A DNA stretch of 35,410 bases from Raillietiella orientalis. Lineage: Eukaryota. The notes beneath the pieces were generated by a model. It was not told where the DNA came from. It searched no databases and saw nothing but the letters and a program-made list of their open reading frames with translations. The stretch lies in assembly GCA_036172245.1 (NCBI GenBank), contig JAYWIR010000189.1, positions 1-35,410 of the forward strand, given 5' to 3'. The position numbers were made by a program, and so were the translations under genes. Below, piece after piece: positions 11,981-21,238 of this stretch; positions within the stretch are counted from its first letter, which is position 1, and every line of letters begins with the position of its first letter.

Positions 11981-12212
11981 TATCCTCCTCCTGTGCCTGC
12001 ATCCTGGCGGCTGGTACTGCCGCTGAGGAAGTTTGCAGGTCTTCCGCCGTGGTCTCCTCGGCGCTGCTGCTGCAGTTGTAAGGGATGATCCTCGGCAGCA
12101 CTCTCTCTTCCACACTTACTGTCTTTTTGGCACTTGCCCTCTCAGGGCACACACGATCACAAATAATCACAATTAATTAACCGTCGTGAGCCGTGTTGAT
12201 CACAATTGACAC

Positions 12213-13620
12213 TTTCCCCTAGTCCCACAAGGGGTGGGGTGAATTTATTTATCTTTTTCGCTACAATGGCTCGTACATTTATAAAATAAAGTCCAGGAAG
12301 GGCTCAGAGTCCGTTCCTCTCACGCTTGGGGGAGGGATCCCCCCCGGACGGGAGGGGGGGGACCGCAATTCCACGCTAGTTGTCCTCGAAGGAAAATCTC
12401 CTCCTTCATCCTCTCCGGAGGGACGTCCCCCTTACGGGGGGTGGGGGTGGTCCTCTCTCCATTTCAACTTCTCTGAATGGAACCCGGAGAGGTTCCACTT
12501 CTCTGGAGGGTGTCCGCAAGGGAACCACTTCTGTTTACTACTTTGAAGAGAACCTCGAACGGACACTTCCGAAACTTGAAAGGAGCGCTGCAGCTTTCCG
12601 CAGGGGATCGCTTTTGCTTGCTTCCTTGCGTGCACACTCTGTAGGGCGGCGACGACTCGGAGGGACCCCTCACAAGGGGGCGTTCACTCCTTTAGAAAAT
12701 CCTCCTGTTTTTCCTAGGGAACATTGGTTGACTTCGTTGCCTGGGCGTCGTCTTCAATCCTCTTGAGGATATCGCCTTCTGTGCCTCTGAGGTCGGTGGT
12801 TTCTGTGCCCTGTTCCGGCTTTTCATTGGCACTGTCCGGAAGTTTCTCACTTTCGCGCAGTATTCTGCTTTTACTTTGAGAAGCTTGTTTTCCGGCTTCT
12901 CACGGTGGGTTGTCTCTACCGTTCTGTTGATGTCGTCTTGCAGTTCGCAAAATCGTCGCAGTAACCGTTCCTGCTCTTTCTTTTCTTCAATATTTCCTTG
13001 TTGAACCTCTTCCGCTAATTTTCCCAGATCTTCGGTAACCTGTAGGGTTTCCTCTGTTATCGTGACACTTTCTATTTCTATGCTCTTCTTTGTCCACCAT
13101 CTTGCCTTCTTCTACTACTTCCTTTACTTCCTCCTTCTCTTCAGGAACTTCCTGTTCCTCAGGGTAATACTCTTCTCCCTTTCCTTATTACTTCTATAAA
13201 ACGTTCGTGCAGTCGGGGGCCGCGCGCTGCCGGCCGCTTCAAGCGTTCCAGCAGATGGCGTCGCGTCCCTCTTGGCTGGCGATGTCACTGTCGTGGCGAC
13301 GCCGCCGCGACGTTGGCGCGCGCCAGGCCGCTTGAACGGTGGTGCCACCGGCCGCCGCCGTTACCCCCATCGGTGACGCGGGCCTCGGCACCGTTCACGA
13401 GGGGTACCTCCCCATCCTTCAGGTGGGACGGATTCCGGGCCCTCTCCACCCGGGGGTGGTGTCCTTGCTGGGTCGCACCGGCAGGCGCGGGCGTCAGCTG
13501 TCCGAAGAGAGAGAGCGCTGCGTTCTCCTCCAGATTTCACCGCGGAGAGCACAGCCGAACGCTTCGCTCCGCACGCGACCCCCACCAACCGCACTTCTCC
13601 TGTCTTTGCAGTCGCTTTCG
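12213..13620 (-). mobile_element. Unit A copy directly downstream of intact U1
   Basis: 12213-13150 matches the other A copies almost exactly; 13160-13620 is visibly diverged. Hairpin motif at 12222-12243. Confidence 0.85.
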
Positions 13621-13786
13621 AAGGAGGCTGCGCGAACGCAGCCTCCCAACCTAAAAATTATGCTTCCGAGTAACCCGCATTTGGGGTTATCGCGGAGGTC
13701 AGCCCCGCCGCCGTGCAATGGCAAGGCCTCGCTCCGGAGGAATTGCCATCGTGAACACAATTAAGACCTCGAAGCCAGGTAAGTAT
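13621..13786 (-). ncRNA. U1: U1 spliceosomal snRNA, full length (166 nt)
   Basis: 5' ATACTTACCTGG; helix H GAGGTC/GACCTC; SL1 loop GTTCACGATG; SL2 loop CATTGCAC; Sm site AATTTTTAG; perfect SL4 GGAGGCTGCG-TTCG-CGCAGCCTCC. Confidence 0.97.
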
Positions 13787-14311
13787 GAAACTTAACTTGC
13801 ACCCATTTCCCCTCCCCTTACCCCATATCCACCTGCCCCGTATTGCCCCTTTACACGTCTTTCGCTTCCCTTGCTCTTGACCTTCTCCTTGCTTTGCCTC
13901 AGTCTCCTACGCCTCCCCATTCCCTTCCCCCTTTGCAGTATCTGCTCTTCCCCTTTTCCTCCAGGATTTCATCTTTTCTTTTCGTTTTCCCTTCTGCTTC
14001 GCACTTTGCCTCGCCACCCCTCGCTCTCCCTCTGTCCTTCCGTCTGCGCACTACTCGTCGCTGCATCCAGCGCCCCAGCCTCTTGCCCACCGATGGGGCA
14101 GATGTCGCAACGAACGGTGCGCGCGCACGCGCACACAGTGCGCCTGTCTGCGCCGCTCGCGCGACCCAGTCGTCGCACGCAGACGTCGCACGTCGCCTGC
14201 GACGGCCGTGGGCAGTGCGCCGTGGCTCACCCCACTTGAATCCTATGGCCTTTGACTCTTTGTGCTGCTTCGCAAGCCCGTTTGCTTTACGTGAATGCTG
14301 TGGGCGTGTTC
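13787..14311 (-). promoter_or_regulatory. U1 upstream flank (expected PSE-containing promoter), duplicated at 27090-27607
   Basis: Homologous upstream of both intact U1 genes. The block GGCAATACGGGGCAGGTGGATATG near -61 to -38 is unchanged between the two copies. PSE identity is inferred from position only. Confidence 0.5.
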
Positions 14312-14368
14312 CACGAAGGAAGATTCCTTTCAAAGTTTCCTAACAACGCTCCAGCATTCCGTCCTCAC

Positions 14369-15990
14369 CATTCCACGCGGATGCAGCTGTTCAGCATGGT
14401 GAGATCTGCAAAACCCGTTGTCAGAATCCCCTTGATATTTTTCAACGTATTCGTCATTGCTGTAAAGTGTGCTGCTGCTGGGTAGTCAACCTGTCAAGCG
14501 AAGCCACTTTAGTGCGAGTGAGCTGTGCAGACAGTCCAAAATGTCCAAAGTCTTCAAACGTGGAAACAAAGAATTCTTGCATTTTGTCAAATGCACCCAA
14601 ATTATTGCGTCTTTCACGTTTTGGAAGCACACGTCTCACGTGATGGGTCGATCCAATCGTGCAATGTGACCTTACCGTAAGATCTGTTGATCCGCGTGGG
14701 CTTTCCGCAAGAAAACTACGGGAAGCCACGCATTTCTCCGTGTTTCCACTTTGGCCACCTCAGGGATGCACGTTTCCAGGCAAGTGAGCGGCCCTTATGG
14801 AGAACAAACGGTTCGACCGCTTCCTCTTCTTGTTGCACAAAATGTGTAGGAAAACGTGCAACTTGGAACCATTTGCATTCATTTTGGACCCATGTCATGA
14901 CTGGTACCGTATCCTTTCTCAACTGCAACGAAACCTTCCTGTGCTTTAGGGAACCGGGAAGTAGGAAGAAGTCACCTGAATCCAACAACTCGAATCGAGA
15001 AAATGGCAACGGAATATAATTTTTGTTTTTGGGGGTTTTTTTTTTGGAGGAGGGCAGGGGAATCCGGACGTTTCGGTGGAGGATTCGTCATGTACCATGC
15101 ACTCATTATTGAATGCGGAATGGTTCATCATCAAAGAAAGTGCTGCTGCTATTGTTCATCCAATGTCGAACGACACGAACGCAGCATCTGCTGAATCGTT
15201 TGGGTGCAGTTCCTGTGTTGGTGCACTTGCAAGCTGTGCACAGAACATTCTTGCTGCTTTCTGGATGGCACAGTGGACTGCAATGCACCAATGCTTAACA
15301 CCTCTTTATGTATGGTGCTATTCAGTTCCTTCTGTTGCCGTGAAGTGAGGAGCTGAATTTGCAGACCAGTTGGCTGAATTTCGAAGATGTTCCTTTCAAC
15401 ATTGAATTGAGAATGAAGTCGCTGTGGCAGTGGATTCCTGAGGAACATACTTGCATAATGCATCTCGCATGAAAAAAAACAATCCCATCTTTGTCCCTGT
15501 GTTTCTCTGGTTGCACCTGCTGCACATCCGATGCGAATGGGCGTGGGATTCATTGGGGATATGTGCATTTCTCTCAGATGTAGGCAAATGACAGGAGATG
15601 TGGGGAATCTGCTGTGGGGCAAGTGGTAGGAGGTGGATGCACTGGCAAATTTTGTAAACCTCACAGGCTCCTGACACCTGTTTCGTGGACCTTCAGCAGT
15701 AGAGAAATTGCAAACTCGATTGCTTGAGCATCCCGCTTGTCCAGAAAGTGTTTCAATACTGATGCTGGCACTTCCATCTGCGGTGAAAGAAATTCGATGC
15801 CATGTTGACCAGTTAGGTTGAGCAAAGCTGGCTGCTCAGTGAAAGGGGAATGAGGTTTGTGTTCATTGGAAACGAAAGTACCTAGCATGGGACTTGGCTT
15901 GTGTAAAGTATTAAAAAAAAAAAGAAAAACAGCTGCACAGGTTCGTTCTGTGCGTTGATGTCTATTTCTATTTATATGTATTATCAGCAC
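14369..15990 (-). other. Possible exons or remnants of an unidentified spliced host gene
   Basis: CAG|...|GTGAG-bounded open segment 14369-14490 (VDYPAAAHFTAMTNTLKNIKGILTTGFADLTMLNSCIRVE), a GTAAG donor at 14675 and protein-like stretches in 14716-15009 and 15661-15850. No family recognised. Confidence 0.25.
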
Positions 15991-17177
15991 GTTTTAAAGG
16001 AATAGAGGAATACCAAAGTTGGGTATGATGAATAGTATTCGATAAACACCCGGCTGCGCATGCATTGATCTCGTGAACGGACCGCAGGCAACTGTGCTGA
16101 AGACTTCTTGTCGGCCGTCCGTGACTCCACTGGTGGACTACGCATCGGGATATTGTATCCAACATATTGAATCTGTCCAGCATCCATTGGACCGGACCAA
16201 GGGGAGGACGCGCGCATTGCGTGTTTTGGAAGGCCCCTCCCTCCCTCTTCAGCGATGCACATGCGGCTCCCCTGATGGATGAGAGGGGACTGACCGCCGC
16301 AAAGCCTTCGCTTGCTTCGGATGCATATTCCGCGGTTCTCTGCATGTCGATTGACACCGGCGGGGAACGCATGCACGGCCGAATGCTTTTGATCTTGTGA
16401 TTTGCCTTTCCGCAAATTCAGCGGTCCTCCCAAAAAAGGTTCCCACCGCCCCCTGCTGCTGCAATGCCTGCTCGGCCTCGGAAGAGGGCAGTTCGGCATC
16501 TGCAGCGTGGTCCGACAGAGGTTCGAGACAAGGGACGGAGGGTGGCAGAGTCCTCCCGAACTTCGGGTGCGTGGTCAGCCAGCCGGAAGAAGGTCTCCGG
16601 GAGTAAGGAGAAAACGTCAGCTTCGCGTGCTGGTGGCGCAGCCGTGTCTCTCCCCCCTCCACCCCGTCCCTCGCGACATTGCATGCCGGTCCAAGAGCAC
16701 GTGGAACACGCCGTTGCGTACGTGCGTTCCCGCGGCAAGTGCATTGCTGGCACGCCCAGAGGCACGCTGTCGTGTTCCACGCGAGCCACGTCGGCGCTCC
16801 CGGTGTCGCGGCTGCTAGAGGAGACGCCCAAAGGGTCTCCGCCTCCCGGCCCAAGGGGCAACGCCCCAAAGGCTCTCCACCGTGTCGGTCGCGTCCAATC
16901 CATGTCGCTGCCCTCTGCGTGGCACCGTGGCCTAAAAGAGTCACGTGGGCTCCTTGTGCCCATCTTCCTACTCCACCGACTGGTGGAGTAAGAATGGCGC
17001 TTCTTGGGCCTCACTTGCGCCGCGGCGCAGCCCGGCAAGCAGGCAGCCGCAAACGAAGAAAACCTGAAAGACGGCGGCCGATGAGGGAGATGCGAGCGAA
17101 TCGAAAACGTGCGCCCTGCCCTTACCTGTAGATCGAGAGCGTGGGGATAACCACGCAGCCGTGCACGTCCAAGAGGC

Positions 17178-20100
17178 GTGGGCTCTTGGACTGGGCTCGC
17201 CTGTCGCCGAAGGATCCGCGTGGCCTGTTGGAATGTCAACGGGCTGCGCGACGACGGCAACAGGCGAGATACATCCTGCGAGAATTCGACCTGGCGCTTC
17301 TGCAGGAGATCCACGTGATCACTGCAAGAGACGTCGAGGAGATCGAGAGGATCGCAGGGGGTCGGTTGTTTATCATCCGGGTGCGCCGGGGCGTTTATTA
17401 TAAACTATCCGGGAACAGAGTTCCTGGACAAAGGGGAAAACAAGATACGAAGGGGGTGGGATCCCCGAGACGCAGGTCGGTATGGCGAAAGTCCGGAACG
17501 GGAGGGAGGGGACCACAAATAGACTACCATAAAAAATAAAAATAAAAATATGGAGGGCAGGGGACAGGGGTCTTTGGTGAGTCCGTCCCTTTCTTGGGGT
17601 CGGTTGTATTGGCGATGCGGCAAGCGCAACACCTGCGGTGTCGCGTTCCTCCTGAAGCCAGCCGTCCACGCTTCCGTGAGGAACGTACGCTTCGATGACA
17701 ACGGTCGTGTTGGACAGATGATTCTATGCTGGTCTGACACGATCGATCTCATCGTTACCAACGTGTATGCTCCGAGCGGCAGCAAAGGGTACGCAGAAAG
17801 AACTCAGTTCTTCCAGTACCTGAAGCGCGACTGGCTGACGGATGCAGGAGTGCGCAAGGCCCACCTTTTTGCTTGCAGCACGCACCTGATAGCCGGGGAC
17901 TTTAACCTCCGCCTGCTCTCAGGTGCGTGCTGCACGCAAAAGAACGTGCCGATCGAGTTGTGCTCCGCCATGCGCGCGCGCAACTTGATGGAGGGACACC
18001 CGGAAATGGAGAACAGCATCGACCACGTCTTCCTCGACCACGACATGTGTACTCGAGTCGGTATACGAGGAAGGCTCCTGTCGACGCTGTCCGACCATTT
18101 CCGTCTGATGTTCGATGTCTGGCCACGCAATAAAGGACCCCTATCCAGGGCGTGGCGTCTACCGGGGGATTGGACGAGGCTCCCAGGTACGGCGGATCAT
18201 CTCCGCCAATTCCTGAGAGGCGTCACCCTCCGGAATCTCGAGGATTGGGACGTTTTCAAGCGTTCGGTCCGCGAGTTCTGTGAGGAGTTTCCCCTGGGCG
18301 CCTACCCTCCGGGCTTTTGGAAGGAACCGCAACGAAAGGGCGTATCTATACGCCCGTCGTTACGCGAGAACCCCCAACGTCCGTCGCCTGGCCGACTACC
18401 GAGCCGGGGCTGAGCGTCAAGCTTGGCAGTCCGGGCCGCACACCCGGGACGACCAGGACCGCGAACACTCGGCCCCGTCAGCGATTCGACACATGCTGAG
18501 AAAATTTTATTCCTCCTTGTATGCCAGGGGGCCTCCCGAGCAGGACGCCTCGCGACTGTTGCTCCCGGAAGGAGCCAAGGTCATAGGGGAGGAAGAGAAA
18601 GAAAGCCTCGACGAGCCTTTTACAACCGGTGAAATCGTCACCGCGATGAAAGGGCTCAAGAGGAGGAAGGCACCAGGGGAAGACGGCCTGCCCGCGGAGT
18701 TTTTTCAAGGCTTCACGGCAGAGTTAACCCCTTTGGTGCACAGATTGACACAGCTGATCCGGGAAGAAGGCGATGTTCCCGCCTCGTTCCGGTCAGCTAG
18801 GATGAGGTTCCTTCCTAAGGGAGGAGACCTCCGTAAGCTAACCAACTGGCGTCCGATCACTGTCGTGAATACGGACGTCAAGTTGGTCGCGAAACTGTGG
18901 GCTGCGCGGCTCGGACAGGTAGCCGAATCCGTAATTAGCCCGGAGCAGACATACGCTGTTCCCGGGCGAAGTATGGAGGCTAACCTGTTCTTCGCCAGCA
19001 CATGGTTCCATGCGCAACAAGAAAATAAAGAACGCAAGGGATCTCTCGGCTACCCCAATTTAAGGGTGACCGCTGGTCAGGGTGGGGACAGCCGGGCGGG
19101 TAAGGGTGCCCTAGAGATCGCAGTTGATCTTCATAAAGCGTTCGACTGCGTGGACCAGGAGCTCTTCCTGGAGCTTCTGCATCGCATGGGCTTCCCTCCT
19201 ACATTAACGGCGTACCTGCGCTCCTGCTGGCGAGCCGCGTTAACAAACATCTGTTTCAGAGGGCAGAACGTGTATGGCGTGCCGGTGCGCCGCGGGATTC
19301 GGCAGGGCGATAGCCCCAGTCCCCTGCTCTTTAGCACCTATTTCTAACTGGTGCTGAGAGCATACAGGATGACTTTGGCTGCCTTGCCAAGCTCGTGCCC
19401 CAGCACGCCTGCCGTGTCCGCATATGCCGACGATCTCCTGCTACTGCTCCCAATGTCCGCCCCGGCAACGGCAGTCGAATATTTCTTCAATCTGCTAAGC
19501 CGTGGGACAGGGCTACGGGTCAACAGGGCAAAATCGTCGATGGTGACAGTTGGAGCGACGTGGGTAGGACGGCCTGACTGGATCCGCCTGGGGATCCCGA
19601 CTGGCACACATCTGAAGTACCTTGGCGTTCCGCTGGGGGACTTCTGCCCGTCAGAGGCATGGTCAGGCCGTCTTCAGAAAGTGGATTTGGCGATCCGCCC
19701 GTTCCTGGACGGCAAGTTCCACTTGCCGGAACGGGCCGCAGTATGGAACGCTTTTGCGGCTCCCATCCTTCGCCCCCTACTTTTTGTTTGCCCGTCCCCA
19801 AAGAAATAAAAAAGAGGACCAAGGACCTCCTCCGCATCGCCCTTTGGGGCAAGGGGAGGCCCCGAGTCCCTTTGAAGGACCTTTGCGCTCCTCGTCGGGA
19901 CGGCGGACTTAGCCTCCTGACGCTGGAGCGCGTGGAGAAACAGCTGCGATGGCGTACCCTCGCCATCGCAGCGAAGATGTGGAGCACCCCGTGGTGCATT
20001 CCGGCTCGACTCCTCGCCAGTCGTGTGTCCTGGTGCGAGGGACTTGCGTCTTTTCTTCTGTGCCCCGGCCGGAAGATCAGAAGATGTGGCCTACAGCTCG

Positions 20101-21238
20101 GGCGCATGGCATCGTTGGCCATGGAGAACAGCTGGATGGTTTGCTGCCCCGCCAACTCCTCCGCCTGGCTGGAGGAGAACATCGGAACGTGGGCTGTGGT
20201 GAACCAGAGAAGCCACGTAACGTGGAATCGTCTCCGATGCGGCCCCTACGCCCGCTGCACTCTGAGGAATCTCCTGGAGAATCCAGCTAGAAGCACGTGG
20301 GTAGAGACAACCTGCCTGGCTACGGCGCTGCCCTTCCTGAGGAGGGAGCTTCACAGCAGCCGGACGCCAAGGTGGCAAGTCTCCTGCTGCATCGAGGGAC
20401 GGGAGAAAAGAATGAGCGGCTGGACCATGGGTCAACTGGCGGACGCCACGACCCCGAGCGTCCAGCCGCGAGGACTAAGAAGATGGGGCGAGCTGCTGGC
20501 CATCCCTATGGATGTGCTGAAGTGGCCCCCGCTTCTTCAGGAATCCAGGATTCTTCCCCTTAAGTGGAAAGAGTCGGCGTTGCTGTTGTTGCATTGGGGT
20601 TTACCCTGCAACGCACGCCGCTCCCACTGGACAAGAGGAGTTGTGGATCCTGCGTGTGTCAGGTGCGGAGAGCGGGAATCGCTCTCCCACCTTATTGTGG
20701 ACTGTGCTGCCCTTCGTCCCCTTTGGGAACGGTTTGGGACGACCCTCGGTCTCCCTACGGGCAGTTCCCCTAGAGACGTTCTTCGGCCCCTCTTCGTGAA
20801 GGACGCCCTGCAGCCAGCCGCAGCCATCGCAGCCTTGTGCTGCGTCCGAGGCATCGTGGCGGCATGGAGCGACACCAACAAGGAAGGAGTGGGTGAACAC
20901 GCGAGGGATGTCATCCCATATGCCCAACGCTTCTTGCGGAGAGCTGCTGGATGGCCCCAACTGGGGAACATACGGATGGACCTCGAGGGCTTCCTTCAAC
21001 GGATGGGCCCTCCTCTCAGCGAACAGTGATCCCTTCCCTGCCCTCCAACCTCTTTTGTTTGTTTGCGTTTTTATTTTTACTTTTGTTTTTTCCCCATCCC
21101 CTTTCGCTGCCGGGGAGTGCCACGCCGGGCTGCGTCCCGGCGTCCCGGTAGGTCCCGTGCATAAGGCCGTGAGCGGGGCCTGGTACCGCAATTGTAGAGT
21201 TTTTTATCAATAAACGCCCCGGGCGTACCCGGGTGGCA
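17178..21238 (+). mobile_element. LINE D1 (second L1/Tx1-like family): 5'-truncated, ORF2 pseudogene plus 3' UTR
   Basis: ACWNVNGL, LLQEIH, NVYAP, AGDFN, IDHV, SDH; WRPIT, DLHKAFD, GIRQGDSPSP, AYADD, KYLGV; CVRCGERESLSHLIVDC. Contains frameshifts and a stop at 19345-19347. Ends in AATAAA plus hairpin at 21209-21235. Confidence 0.93.
17370..17595 (-). mobile_element. 226-bp antisense nested insertion (3' tail of a D-like element) with 12-bp TSD
   Basis: GGGGTCGGTTGT at 17358-17369 and 17596-17607. Removing the insert restores IAGGRLYWRCG (D2 has IAGGRLFWQCG). Minus strand ends AATAAACGCCCCGGCGCACCCGGATGATAA. Confidence 0.92.

Larger units (their letters stand above)
6621..12212 (-). mobile_element. 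LINE B (L1/Tx1-like), full-length copy with open ORF2 and disrupted ORF1
   Basis: ORF1 fragments 10312-12000, ORF2 6759-10298, short 3' UTR with terminal hairpin at 6629-6650. Reverse complement of 29179-34699. Confidence 0.95.
1..14311 (-). repeat. Left arm of large imperfect inverted repeat (partner 27090-35404); carries one extra U1(25-166)-A-B unit
   Basis: Position 1 onward is the reverse complement of 35404 backward. Homology runs through C, truncated U1, B, A, intact U1 and about 520 bp of U1 upstream flank, ending at 14311/27090. Confidence 0.95.
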
